64,000 nt of DNA from Yuukianura sp. NJ FZ-2021 (GCA_046563655.1 CM102286.1:1798001-1862000), one strand, 5' to 3'; numbered from the stretch's first letter, positions 44,825 to 59,035 are shown. Notes: generated from the sequence alone by a model not told the origin. Numbers and translations are program-made.

Positions 44825-47800
44825 ATGAAAGCAAATATTTTGGGTCTCATTTTTGTCTTAATTTTTTCTGGCGGAAACTGCTACCTCAAACACATAAATT
44901 TGGATTCGTATTTGGGCGGAAGTTGGGCCGACTGCTACAATCATGTAATCTTGTACGTGGATTCAAATTTTAATACTTCATATCCCTTAACATTGGATCG
45001 AGGTGGTAAATTTCCTATACGTAGCCGCTATGATGCATTTTTGCACGAGAGCTCATGCGCTAAAATTACAAGAAATGGAAATGTAACTATAACAAGAAGT
45101 CCTTCATTTTGTGCTCAAAATTATACGCACTACATGACAAAAAGGCTTCATTGCGTCGGCGTCACTTCAATTTTTCCGCAAACGGCTCGAAGTGATATCC
45201 TTGATACTGTGACGTACTTGAATGCCTACTGGTATACCTGGGAACGTTATAGAGAGGACCACGACAGTAGTTTGGTTGACTTCCAAAGATTAGATGTTCT
45301 GACTAAAGCATATCGTGTACCAGACGCTCAGGTACAAATATTAACCGACGCTTGCGCATTCCGCAGACTCAAAAACACACTTAAAGAAGATGACAGCCTA
45401 CGGCTATGGTTAAGAAAAATATATCGCGAACATCTTACCCTAACTTTTGTAAGAATAGTCTACGATGAATGTTGGCGAAATACCGTAAGCGGTAAATTTG
45501 ATATTTTCATTGGCGTACCATTCATGAGCATTTTGAACTTTTCAGTACCAGATAACAAGTCATTACCTATTTTTTTGAAGTTTGAGCCTTTGCACAGAAA
45601 AATATTAAAAACAGTGTCGCTGAAATTTTTTGCACCGCTTCGTAATAGTACATTTACAGAACAAACAGTACCTTCATTTCTTGAATTTATGTTGGATCAA
45701 TTCAATAAAACCTATCATCCGGACACAGAAATATGTAAGCAAATCAATTATTAGGCATATTATTTTATTACACATTACTGATGTGTTATTCGGCAATTGT
45801 ACAGTGAGGCGCAGCTAAAAGAGTACACCCAAAAATCAGTAATTTGTTTGATTTCGCAACTATGGAGGGAAAACGGAGTGAAATAACGCGATTTGCGAAA
45901 ACTCCAGCATAATGGTTAACTAAAGTTTCACAATTTGAGTTAGTTTTCCCCTCGTGTTTACCTAAGTTTTAACTCGTTTCTATAGAAACAAAACAGGGGT
46001 GTACTCTTTTAGCTGGGCCTCACAAAACTCAACTGTCAAAAGTTCAACATTTGGTAGTTGACTTTATTGGGCAGTGTACCTATTATATGAATATGTTTAT
46101 ATAGGTAAATTTAGACTCGGCATGAATTATTATTCTCCCGGAAACTCATGGAAGTACAAATTTATTTTCCCATTAAAGTCTATTCACGTGTATGCGTATA
46201 CTTGCTATCAAGAAGGTGTCGATATTGGAGTTCAAGACTACGTACGCCCATTTACCGTCAAAACATGGCTGTTTATGATCCTCTCCTTTGCTGCCGTTTC
46301 CATATTTTTTCTGGTATGTCCCCAGTATAAGTCCGTATCTCTCCAAATTCCTTTCTTCATATACGCAACCCTCATGGAACTTGGATTTGACTTGCGCAAT
46401 GTTCCCGGGATGGCTGGCAAAGGCCTCAGGGCATTTACCGTAATATTTCTACTAATGGCCCTAATACTCACAAATGGCTACAAAGGAATTGTAACAACAT
46501 CAATCGTCCTACCCTTCCCAGGATATGAATTGAATTCTATTGAAGAAGCAATGGATCGAAACTATTCATTTGTTGCCGATACTACTATTCATAACATTCA
46601 TTTGGACTGTTGTAATCATCTAGATGGACTGGACATGATCCTTTCCGAAAATTCGTTTGACTATGTAAAATCTGGACAAACATGCGGAGAATATATTCGT
46701 TCCATTACCCAATTTTCGATAATGGATAAACTCAAAACAAGTAATCTGGAAGCGGAGTTTGTGGAAAAGTACCTATCACCCTATGCGGAAAGGGCAGAAA
46801 ATAAGTTAAATAAAATCAAGCAGAAAACTCGCCCCTTTATCTACAATGTCATCAAAAATCTTGAAATTTTACCGTGTAATGTAACCCTGGATGAACAATT
46901 GATGCAATGTAAAAAACAATTTGGACTCAAATACAATCATATGGATCCTGCAAAAGCCAAACCTTATTTGGATCATATTACACAAATGCGTTTCAAGAAA
47001 AACACTACTTCGGGAACATTTTATCATTTCCTGGATACACAATTGTTTGCAGATGATTTAGTAACTGGATTCAGAATCCTTGGTTGTCAACATGTTGTCA
47101 ATTTTATACCGAGTTTAACATATCTTGCCGAGTCTGGTATTATTGTCAGCCGATTTTCTATATATGCTGGTATACAAGAGAGACAGGACGTCAAAATGGC
47201 ACGGCACATGGCAGGGCCAGGAGTAGATGAACCAAAGAAATTGGACTTAAGTTCAAGAATGTGGCTAATCTTTTTCGTGCTGCCTATGGGATCCCTCTTG
47301 GCATTTATTTGTGCAACAGCCGAGCACTTTACCTTCAAAAATTGTTGTACATTAGCCAACTTTAGAAAAAACATGGTCGGTTTGAGAAAAAAAATTTTTT
47401 TTTAAATTCTTTAAACACTTAAATTTAATGCCAAACGTTTTTATTTGATATGCAGGTTAAACCAACAGGAGATATGGAAATGAAGGTTACCATCAAATAT
47501 AATAATAATAATAATATACCAAATATATTATATTATAATTATATAATAATATATATAATAATATATCGCATGATATATTATATTATACCGTGTTGTTCAG
47601 CGAAAAGTAGACACCGCAAAATCATCCTCATGGCATTGTTTTTTTTAAATTTGCGATTTCTGGGGGGAGTTTGAGCCCAAAAACCGAAATTACGCTTAAA
47701 CGAATTTATATTGCGCAGAGTATTTTCTTGAATTTGGTACTGATCACCCCACAATTTTGAAAATAGACAAACTTTTACTTTTGAGTTTGTTGGTGTTTAC

Positions 47801-48292
47801 TTTTCGCTGAACAACACGGTATATACTATACGGTATGTATATAATTTGTAAACATGCATTTATAGTACTGAAAATATATTGTCAATTTAATAACTTTTTC
47901 TTTTAAAGAATACGCCAATAATTCATTCAACCACGGAAGTTGAGGAGTTGAATACGGAGGCAACAACAGTAATGAATGCAGAGGCTACAAAATCCGATGT
48001 AAATATTCCAAATATTGACTTAATAATGTTACAACTATAATAAATTTCATTTTACAGGACGCTGCAACTATAAACCAATCAGAAATGGACGTTGCGCTGT
48101 TGAATACGGAGGCTATGACGGTCATAAATACAGAAGTATGTAAATAGTTGTTCAATTATAAACTATGTTTAGTGTTACTAACTTTTTTTGGTACAGCATA
48201 ATACAACCACTGAACATCCAATACTGCATACTATTGTGGTGAAATCGGACGCCAGACAGGAAATTCCTGAGTTGGATACTACAGTGATTTAA
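44825..48292 (+). CDS. Divergent ionotropic receptor (IR/iGluR-like); core exons 44825-45734 and 46105-47375, probable tail exons 47456-47485, 47909-47998, 48058-48135 and 48197-48292 (unspliced form stops at 47405)
   Basis: Signal peptide MKANILGLIFVLIFSGGNC. Pre-M1 RPFTVKTW, M2 LILTNGYKGIVTTSIVLP, LAESGI, and M3 KLDLSSRMWLIFFVLPMGSLLAFICATAEH. Phase-1 intron 45735-46104 restores the frame. The tail exons are less certain than the core. Confidence 0.8.
45802..46023. mobile_element. Second copy of the 43025 MITE family, in IR intron 1, right TIR missing its terminal bases
   Basis: TA-CAGTGAGGCGCAGCTAAAAGAGTACACCC ... GGTGTACTCTTTTAGCTGGGCCTCAC. The interior aligns with 43025-43248. Confidence 0.88.
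47588..47819. mobile_element. 232-bp Tc1/mariner-type MITE (TA TSD), different family
   Basis: TA-CCGTGTTGTTCAGCGAAAAGTAGACACC ... GGTGTTTACTTTTCGCTGAACAACACGG-TA. Confidence 0.9.
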
Positions 48293-49033
48293 AACTTTCA
48301 GCGGTAAAGTAAACCACTATTCTTTGGACTTCATGGTAAGCGAATTAAAAATATAAATGTGTAACATTAGTTTTGAAAATTTGCGGCACCGCTTCTCTCA
48401 ACGCACTCAAAGCAGGTGAAAGTTATAACGCGGTCCATGAAATACATAAATCCTGTAGTATACATAAATCCTAAATACATAATACATAAATCCTAAGTAC
48501 ATGAAACATGATAATTAAACCTGTATTTTCTGGAAAAGATATAAAAAGCGGAAGTAAAATTTAACCTTCTACTGCCGTACACGTTTACATGGATTTGACT
48601 TTACATCGTAGGTTCTATGTTAACGGGTTATGAAATGAAATTTTCCAAGGAATTGTGTAAATTCCCACTATTATAGTTAAAGTTACCTTCACTGATGAGG
48701 GCTTGCTTTGTTGGCAAAAAATTTGATGTTCGTCAGTTTTGTTCCCACAAACTTGTTTTGTAAAGGTTATTTTTCCACGAGTCCAAATCTAATTCTGTAT
48801 AAGGAGAGGCCAACATTCAAATGGAAGAAAATTCATTTTTCTTAAAGTGAATGTTGTTTCAAGTATAAAACAAGAAGTGGTCAAACTAACTAACCTAACT
48901 TAAACTTGACATCACTCGTTGTCATTGACTTGTTTCCACACAAAGTAGCCAAATTCACCATTGTTTATTATTCAACGAGCTCCAACAAATTTCTAGCCAT
49001 ATTCCCAATATTTGGTTATATTAGTATTTAAAA

Positions 49034-51390
49034 ATGAGTAACAAATTGTCTTTTGCTAAAATTCAAAACGTGTTGAAAGTCGTAGTTCTCATTTACCTGC
49101 GTTCCTTTTCGGTAGTTTTTTCACGTAAGTTTGTAACACATTTTGCTATTTCAAATCAAATTTCCCAGTTTTTTTTTTGTCAAAATGTAAAATTGTGTCA
49201 ACGATTACTTTTTACAGAAGAATGTAGATCCTACAACAGACAAGTTGGGCAGTGCGTGTCAATTCAGCTCTGCAAACCGCTTTTGTACGTGCTAAAAAAC
49301 AATCCGTCGCCAATTCAGTTGCGACATCTTCAAAGACTCACTTGTGGTTTCGACAAACAAGATCCCAAGGTGAAAAGTTGAAATTTTTGTTAGCACGAAA
49401 TTCATAGAATTTTGAATTTTTTTTTTTCAAAAAACCCTGTTTAATATTTAACATTTTCATTTAGGTTTGTTGTCCAGTGAGTGTCATAACGCCTAAAATT
49501 TCGGAGTCAGATCATGAAGAAGATGAAGGTTTGCCTAAACTGAAACCAAGAGATGACCTGAGGTCACATGCAGCATTCAGTAAAATTCCAACTATCAAAG
49601 AATGCGGAGCCACTATAGGAGATCACAGGATTATCGGTGGCAAAAATGTACTGGAAAAGTTTTTTTTAACAATCTATGTTTAAACTAAGAATTTTAACTT
49701 AAATTTTACTCATTACTAATTTAATTTCATAAGGTTTCGCTAGGTGCGTACCCTTGGATGGCTCGTATCGGGTATCACGGTTAGTTCTAGTCAAAATTTA
49801 CATATAACTAAAAACTTTTTCAAAAAAGTCAAATTTTCAAAAAAATGGTCTGTAGCCGGGGCAGGGTCTACTATAATTGAGTACTACTGTGGTGGAACAA
49901 TAATTGGAAAACGATGGATACTAACAGCAGGTATGCCAAATTTTTCATTCACTAGAAATATACAAAGTCTGTAAAAATTTTGAAACGATTTGGTTTTAAA
50001 CCTTTAAATTTTAGCTCACTGTACTGATGGAGTTGAAGAAGGTTATTCACCGTAAGGCTAAATATTTACAACTCATTTTAAAAATTTAACTTGCACAGTA
50101 ATTAATTTTTGATTATAATTAAATGTAATATAATTTGTAGAGTAGAAGTTCGACTAGGAGAGTTTAACACTGAGACTGCGTCGGACTGTGACCCAGACTT
50201 GGATCTGTGTTCAAAAGTTCAGGATTTTAAAATTAAAAAGCTAATTCCACATGAAGCGTACAGTTCAAACGCCAAACAGAACGACATCTCACTCATTCTG
50301 TTGGATAGAGACATTGAATTTGACAAATGTAAGCTTTGTTAACAAAAATACTTTTCCTATAAATTCTGTTGTTTTCCACAACTGTATTTTCAAAATTTCT
50401 TAGTTTTTTTTATTTCTTTATTTAGTTTTTATCCGGCCAATTTGCTTGCCATTTGCACAGGAATATGCTGTGCCAAATCTGTTTGAAGAAACTAGGACTA
50501 GCAGGGGAATTGTTGCAGGTCGTTAAAAATCAATTCAAAATTTCAGTTTTGTTTTCAAAATACTTTAATTAAGATACAATATGTCATTTTAATTTCTATT
50601 GTTTAGGTTGGGGAAGAACGCAATGGAGTAAGAAAAACACCGAATTTCTGAAAAATATTTTGTGTTGTGTTAAAAACCAAATTTGTGAAAAAATATTTTG
50701 TGTGGAGTTAATTAATTTCTGTCATGATCAGACAAAGCCGTGGGGAGCAAAATACTGCAACAAGTTTCTGTTCCACTGAAGACAAATCAAGAGTGTCAAA
50801 CAGTATACAATCGTCGTGTAACAATATCAGCCAATCAGGTAGGTAGTACATATGTATAAAGAAAATTTCGAATGAAATGTTTGTAATTTTGTTTTGAAAA
50901 CAATGGATTTAACATTTGATACTCAAGATTCACGTCTGATTAATTATAAAAGTTCGTTTTTGTAATTTTTTTTAGTTATGTGCTGGTGGAGAACAAGGAG
51001 AAGATTCTTGCGGTAAAACAAGAACGGAAACATTCAACCTTTTAAACTGACGTGATGTTTTTTAATTACAAAATTTTTAATTTTGAAAATTTAAGGTGGA
51101 GATAGTGGTGGACCTCTGATGTTTCCATTACGAATTCAAAAAGTTCCACATTTTTTTCAACTCGGCGTTGTATCTTATGGCCCTGTACAATGTGGAATAG
51201 GTTTGTACAACTAACTTAAATTCTCATTAGTTTCAAACAAATTTCTAAATATACAAATCGCTCACAGCAGAATTTCACGTTCAACTTTAAAATTACTAAG
51301 AAAATTCTTGTAGGTGGACTTCCTGGAGTGTATGCACGGACTTCGTCCTATTTGAAGTGGATCTTAGACAAAATTCATGAAAATGAATAA
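49034..51390 (+). CDS. Clip-domain serine protease 1 (catalytically intact, trypsin-like), multi-exon
   Basis: Hydrophobic N-terminus and clip domain C..GQCVSIQLC...TCGF....KVCCP. Activation site DHR|IIGG. Triad motifs TAAHC, NDISL and DSCGGDSGGP are assembled across introns. Confidence 0.9.
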
Positions 51391-51974
51391 AAAGCACCTC
51401 ATTTTGAAAAAAAAAACACCTTGGCGTTTCCTTGATACCAGACGTTTGCAAATCCAACGCCAATTTTAGTACTTTTGTACACTCTACGACGAGATTTGTT
51501 TTAACTACATTCACGTTAAACCAACCGAGTAAACTTGAGTTTAAAATGACAAAATAAAATTTTTAGTGAGAAAAACAGAAATCACCACAAAAATACAAAA
51601 CCACAACTATTTTCCTAGTTTTTGTTTTCAGTATTTTTAAAATGACTGAACAAAAGTACGGCATGACCTCATCTTTCTTGATACAAAAAAAATTTTTGCA
51701 AACCGGTTTGGAATTAAATGGCGTTGCGATTCTGCAACAACTTTTCATAAAGATTTTTTTTTTCAAATTACAACAATTAAGATTGTAATTAGTCAACGGA
51801 CTATAGTATCTTATAGGTGCAACTATTACAACGAAATAGTGTCTACTTCAATATACACTTACTACAACTAATTCCTCTATAAGGGCTTTAGTGTAACTGG
51901 AATTAGTTTAACAAAACTTTTCTAGCAATTTCTAAAACTAGACCACAATTGCTGAAAGTGAACATCACTTCAAA

Positions 51975-54224
51975 ATGGAAATAGTATTAAAGTATTTAGT
52001 CACAATTTTTATAGTTGTGGTACTTCAATTCAAACAAGGATCGACGTTTCGTGAGTTTTTGAACAGAATCTTTTGAAATCTATTTTGAAGCACTTTTACA
52101 ATTAATTTTGAATGATTTTCAAAATTTTAGGTGCATGCTTCTCCGTACATGAAACGGAAGGTCGATGTGTAACGTTTGAAATGTGCCCCCCATTTTCAAA
52201 AATGCTACAATCTGCCAAAGCTGGTCGCCTCACAGCCGACAAACTTCGGCTCCTCCAACGCCTAACATGTGGATTTTCTAAAAATGAACCAATGGTATAG
52301 CATCGGTTTTCAAAATTTAGTTTCGTTTTTCGAAATTTTTTCAATTTCGTTGTAGATCTGCTGCCCGGTAGGTGAAACTGTGATGCCCGTATTTGAGACA
52401 CAGTCAGACGTAAAACTAAAACCAGCGTCTGCACAAGTTGACCCACCCAGCAGTACGACATCAGCGCCACCGCCGCAGTCAACCCAAAACTACAATGAAA
52501 GAAGATCCACTTTTAAACCAAGGACGACGCAGACTCCTTCTAGAGTTGATCAAAATGGACCAAAAACACCAAAAATTGGGTTTAGATCTCATCCAAATTT
52601 TGGTCTAATTCCACCACTCAAGGTAAAATTTCGAAGAAAAAAAAATCAAAACCGTTTCAAATTTTTACAAGAAAATTTTGTTTTTGTTTTCAAAATAGAG
52701 CTGCAGTAACTCAATCAACAGTGACAGGATCGTTGGAGGTCAAGAAGCTGGCTTAGCTTCTAATCCATGGATTGCTCGCATTGGATATCTAAGTAAGTAA
52801 AATTCAAATTTCAAATTTTGAACAAAAGTTTGATTCAAAAAAGTTTTCTTTTAGATTTAGAAACTAATGAAATCGAGTTTTACTGCGGTGGTACAGTCAT
52901 CAATGCCAGGTTAGTTTTTAACACCTAAAAAATCAAAAAATTCCTGAAAAAAAATAACTGATTGTTGAAATTTTGAATCTTTTCAGATATATTTTGACAG
53001 CAGGTAACGCAAAGACCATCAAAGATATTGTGTTATCTTTTACATTTCAGTCACATTTTCATAACTCATTTAAATAAATTTTATTTGGCTTTTCAGCTCA
53101 CTGTACTGAGGAAATCGACGAAGAATATCGACCGTACCAACTTCATACAACTTTTCATTTTTAAATTTCAACTTAATTAGTTTTTAATTTAACTAATTGT
53201 TTCCAGAGTTGTAGTTCGTCTTGGAGAACACGATATTACAAAAGATGAAGACTGCGATCCATTCGTAGGTTGCATCAAATCAGTAGACTACGTTATAGAA
53301 AAAGTGATTCCACACAAAGGCTACCAAAAAGATGACAAGTCAAAGTAATCAGCTTTTCAAAGATTCTCTAAACTGCTTTTAAACACCTCGGTTTTAATTT
53401 TCAAATTTTGTAAATTTTTAGCGACATTGAGTTGATTCGGGTGAACCGAGATATTTCGTTTGGCTCTTTTGCTATTCGGCCTATTTGTCTTCCGTTTACT
53501 ACGGAGTATGAAGTGCATGACCTTTGGGAGAAGGCCCTTGACCCCTCCGTGGGTCGACCAATCAAAACGTGGGTGGCTGGGTGGGGCCGCACAAAGTGGA
53601 ATGTGGCTGATGGAAGCAACACTTTACAAGAAGTACAACTTCCACTTGTTTCTAATGCCCAGTGTCAGAAGAACTACAGCACTCGAGTTCAGATTTCGGA
53701 GAAACAGGTTAATATTATGTACAAACTAATTAAATTTTCATTAACTTAGACGAATTCTAATTAAGTTGAGCAACTTTGATTTCCCTAAGCTCTGTGCTGG
53801 TGGAGTGAAAGCAAAAGATTCTTGTGGTGGGGACAGTGGGGGTAAGTTGCTTCAAATTTTACAATTTTTGTGGTAGAACATCGGTCAAATGATGTAGAAT
53901 TTTTAAATAGATATGTATGTTAGTGTTTTAGTTTAAGTATGTATATTTGAATTTAAATATTTGAGGTCCGTTGATGTATCCACTTCCACTAAACGGAGAT
54001 GCAAAGTTTTTTCAACTTGGGATAGTGTCGTTTGGTCCAGTTCAATGCGGACAGTCGGGTAAGATTAACAAGCTAACTACGGTTTATATTAATTTATATT
54101 AATTTGTTTTATTAGGTAATTAAATAACATATTTAATTGGACATTTATAGCCGGTCTGCCTGGCGTCTACACTAGAACAAGTTCATATCTCAAATGGATT
54201 TTGGATAACATGGAGCCTTGGTAA
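51975..54224 (+). CDS. Clip-domain serine protease 2 (catalytically intact), multi-exon
   Basis: Clip domain GRCVTFEMC...TCGF...ICCP. Activation site SDR|IVGG. Triad motifs TAAHC, NDIELI and DSCGGDSGGP. Confidence 0.9.
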
Positions 54225-54667
54225 AAATAATTTATCAAAAGAAGCGCTAAAATGCAGATGTGGGTCGAAGTTTAAAGGTAGAAGAGTTTTGAGTTCCAAT
54301 GGTTGAACATACACGGGATAAATTTTGAAATTGCTTTCGACAGTATTTGTTGATTTGAAAATAAAATATAAAAAAAATGAACTAAAATATTACACGTTGC
54401 TTCTCGGAATTTCCTGAAACCGGTTTATTGCGAACATCTCAAGGTCAATTAAGATAATAATTAACATGAACGAAATTGCATAAAAACTGGCTTTGGAAAT
54501 TTAGTATAGAAAGTCTTTGTTTTCAGTTAGATCAAGTCGTAGTTTACTTCTACTAATCTAACAACAATTTATAGTAGACTGACAATAAAAAATTAAAAAT
54601 ACAAATTCACTTCATACACAATACAAGTTCTGTTTTCAAAATTGTGTGAAACCAAAAGAAACACAAA

Positions 54668-56553
54668 ATGTTTTACTTCATTATTGTTCAGTTACTACTT
54701 TTATCAATTGTATCAAGTTCCAGAGCGAATGATGAATACGAATACGATGGTGAGAAATTGCCAAAAATTTGTGTAGTACGATGTTGAAATTTAAAATTTT
54801 CGGCGATTGAAATTGCAAAATGTTGGTTCTGAGTAGAAGTTTGTTCCTTTGTTGGCGGAGACGCTGGAAACTGTGTGCTATTGGAAAATTGTCAACCGCT
54901 TCTAAAACTAATCAAAGATCGACCACTTCTCAAACGAAATTTGGGAATTCTTGTCAATTTGACCTGCGAATTTCATTTGACGCAGCCCAAAGTAAGTTTT
55001 TCAAATGTTGGCCGCAATTGTCCATTTCACTTTAGGTTTTAAATTTTGTTTTAAAATACAAAAGAAATGGTTTTGGTACTAGGTATGCTGCCCTCTGGAT
55101 GATGAAGTTTATATGGAGTCATCTGAACTAGAAAATGTAAATTTAAATCCAGTTCCTGAACTTTCTTTACCATCAATTCAACCAATCGTAACATCCGTAC
55201 CAACGCATCCTACCACTCATGATCCCAGTTTTCGAAGTCACCGAAATTTTGGAAAAATTCCGTCATTTCACAAATGCAGTCTCAGCCTCACTTCGTATTT
55301 AAGAAAAGCCAGAGGAGGAGAACAAACTTTTCGAGGTCAATTTCCATGGGTTGCAATTTTCGGTTACAGAAGTAAGCTGTCACAGTTACACATGATGATG
55401 ATGATCATGCAAATTAAAATTTCCAAATTTTTTAAGTTTTAAAGTTTGAATTTTTTTTATGTAGATAAAACTTCTGGCAAAATTGAATTTCGTTGCGGCG
55501 GGTCTGTCATAACGAAACGACATATTTTGACGGCAGCTCAATGTACAAACTTGACTGGATATGGACAACCGTACGATATTTCAAAAAATTATGAAATTAC
55601 ATTATGAAATTTTTAAAAAACTTTTCAAAATTTGGTTTTAGGGTTATTGTACGCTTAGCAGAACACGACCTGATGAAGAATCCGGATTGCATAAACGCAG
55701 CAGAACTTGGTTGTTCTCTAGTACAAGATTTGCCAATTGAGAAAATTCATGTCCATGAACAATTTGATTTCAATGGGGCCAAGAAATATTTGAATTTTGA
55801 AAATGACATTGCTGTAATTACGTTGAAGAAGGAAGTCACATTTGACAGTAAGTCAGCGGCTACCGACTGAGAAAGTTTGAAGTTAGCTTTTCAATTGTAT
55901 TTTTTTTATAATTTATAATATTTTAATATTTTATTATTATATTTTATCATGTAGTCTACGTCCAACCAGTCTGCCTTCCTTTCGTACATGACTATGGCTT
56001 GATTAGTTTTCCTAAAAGATTGGATTCAGTTGTCACCAGTTATGTTGCTGGATGGCAATCTTTACATTCCTCATGGAATCAAAATGGTAACATAATATGT
56101 TATGATACTATATTTTATTATAGTTCTATTATAGATATTATTTTATATTACTTTATTATTTGACAACTTTTTTAGAGTCTGCAAAAGAAACTATAATGGA
56201 GCTCAGCGTTTTTCCAATCAAGGACAACTCGGTGTGTAGAAGCGAGTATTACCCATTGTCCGTCATTGCTGATACACAAGTATACCGAAAATTTCAAAAT
56301 TTACTAAAATTTGAAATTTGTGATTTCAAAATTTTGTTTTTTGTAGATTTGTGCTGGAAGTGACCTTCCCATTGACTGTTGTGGTAGCATTGGTTCTGCC
56401 CTGATGATCAGTCATCGAGAGCGTTCCATGGAAAAGTATTTTCAAGTAGGAATTTCCTCTTACGGACCATTTCATTGCCGAGAAAATCCAATTCCTGGAC
56501 TATTTACACGCGTGTCTTCTCATCTTCACTTTATTCTCAACTCCCTCGACTGA
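54668..56553 (+). CDS. Clip-domain serine protease homolog (non-catalytic), multi-exon
   Basis: Clip domain is present. TAAQC replaces TAAHC, DCCGSIGSAL replaces DSCxGDSGGP and ARGG replaces IVGG. The reading frame is otherwise intact. Confidence 0.85.
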
Positions 56554-56851
56554 TTTCAAATTAATATATAGTTAAATAATTATAATAAAATTATTATCGA
56601 ATGAAAATAATGAAAACTATCAAAATTTTACAACATTTTGAATTGCTCGAATAGCCCATACAGGAAAAAGTTGCTTACTTCTGGTACTTTCCTACCGGAA
56701 TTCGTTTTAGAGTGGAAGGAAAAAGCAAACAAAATTTATTTACAAACTTTTTCCGGCTTTTAGCATTCTGCCATTTCTCTAAACTCGAATTTGAACTTGA
56801 ATTTATCAATTTAGTGTAATTATATTTATGCCGTTAACATTAAGCGGCACC

Positions 56852-58741
56852 ATGAGACTGTTTTGTTTTGGATTGGTTTTAGTAATTTGTACAACGAGTA
56901 TATCTTCTCAAGGTAAACATGTAATAAAATAATATATTTAATTATTATGTAATAAGTAATATAAGAATTTTAGATTCGTGCTCTGCATTTGAGCGTGCTG
57001 GTAGTCTACTCCAATGTGTTCCGATCAAAAGTTGTCCAACGTTGTCTTCCAAAATGTCCAGTTTCTCCAATATAAAAGATAAAATTCGCCATCTCCAGAG
57101 GGTAACGTGTGGTTTTGACGGTAAAGGACCCAAGGTATGCATGGACTAATTACGTTGTCAATGCAATTTATTGTTTTTAACTAATTTTTAAAATATTTAT
57201 TGGAGGTTTGTTGTCAAAAACTTGAAGCGCTTCCAGCGAAGCAAATGATGGTGAAAGCAAGTGGGATGAGTGTTGCAAAAAACATGCTGCCAACATTGAA
57301 GGAATGCGGACGTACCGAAATTGTAACCGAGGCGTTAACTGACTATGTACTGGGCGGTAGACCAACGGAGATAGGGGAGTATCCATGGGTAGCAAGAATT
57401 GGCTACAAAGGTAATTTTAATAACATATTTCTACCTATTAACTTATTTTATATAATATAATAATATTTATTTAAATAGTAATCAATCACGAACAACCGGT
57501 TTTACACACTTTTAGATTTAGACAACTCAGACACTGAGACTGAGTACATTTGTGGCGGAACTGTAAGTAAATCGTTATCGTTAAAACTAATTCATATTCG
57601 ACAAGTAAAAATAATTATTTACTATTATATTATAAGAAAAAAGATTAATTAATTCTATAATAAGATCAACGAAATCAACTAAAGCACAAATAGAGTTCAA
57701 ATTTTATGAATTCTTTAGCTAATTTCAAGAAAGTTTGTCATCACGGCCGCTCATTGTATCCTTTCTCATGATCCGTCAAAGTAAACTCAGCAAAATTTTC
57801 TTATTTTTGACTTTGTACGTTTTTTGAACTGAGATTCTACTAAAATTCTCTCATTTTAAATTTACTGTAGTTACGAAGTACGTTTAGGTGAACATGACAC
57901 TCGAACTGACCCTGAATTTTCCTCTATTCTGAACAAGTACTCTCACGTTAAGGATTTCAAAGTCAAAGAAATAATTTGTCATCAAGGTTATGACAAAGCA
58001 ACAAAACACAACGATATTGCGCTGCTTCAGTTGGCAGAAAACGTTGAATTTTCTGGTATGAGCTACAACCCAAATCTAAAAAAAATTATACAAATTTTGA
58101 AACTTTGTAACTCATTTGATTGTTTTTTTGTTTTCTAGAATTTATTAGACCGATTTGCCTCCCGTTTTTTGAAAAGTACAATCTGACGAAATCAGATTTT
58201 GAATTTCACAAGGAAGCCACGGTTACTGGATTTGGAAAAACCGGAAACAATCCAAATAACACTGGAAGCGAAATATTACAGGCCCTGGAGATTCCCATTG
58301 TGCCAAATGACAAATGCCAAAAGATTCATGAAGGAAAAGTAACAATTTCATCAACACAAGTAATACTCAACATATTAAAATATATTATGAACAATATGCA
58401 ATATTATACTGCAGAAGTAATATGGAGTATGGTTTTAGTTGTGCGCAGGCGGAGTGCCGGGAAAGGATTCTTGTGAAGGCGATTCGTAAGGAACCAAAAT
58501 GCTTTTTTTTTGTAAAAAAAAAATTATTTAAAAGTGTCGCTTGTTTTTTTTTTATAGCGGTGGTGGCTTGTTCGTGAAAGATGAAAAGAGAAAGCGCCAT
58601 TTTCAAATTGGAATTGTTTCTTACGGTTCTAAAATTTGTGGTTTTGATGGACTTCCTGGAATATACACTCGGACTTCCGCCTACTTAGAATGGATCATAG
58701 AATCCATGACCCAGAATTCGCGAAAACTAATTCTAGTCTAA
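56852..58741 (+). CDS. Clip-domain serine protease 4, multi-exon
   Basis: Signal peptide, clip domain, activation site TDY|VLGG, and motifs TAAHC, NDIALL and DSCEGDSGGGL. Confidence 0.9.
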
Positions 58742-59035
58742 CCATCCTCGACTGATTTCAAATTAATAAATAAAGTAATATTGAATAGAAAAAAATAAAG
58801 CAAATGCTGAAAATGAAGAAAAGTAAAATTAAACATTTGACTTGCCTGGAAAAAGCAAAACAGGAAAACTCTTGCGTGTACTTCCCTACCACAATTCATT
58901 TTTAGCGCGGAAGGAAAACAAAAGAAATATTTTACAGAAGCATTTCGGTTTTTAGCATTCTGTCATTTCTCTAAACTGTGTCTTGCAGTTTAATTAGTTT
59001 AGTGTGAATTAACACAGTTAAGGTCAAGGGACAAA

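Noticed and set aside
45735..46104. IR gene disrupted by a transposon (pseudogene)
   Set aside because: A GT-AG intron in matching phase removes the MITE and restores a continuous frame.
48443..48494. ATACATAAATCCT x3 (and an 18-bp duplication at ~3223-3264)
   Set aside because: Ordinary short slippage repeats with no further structure.
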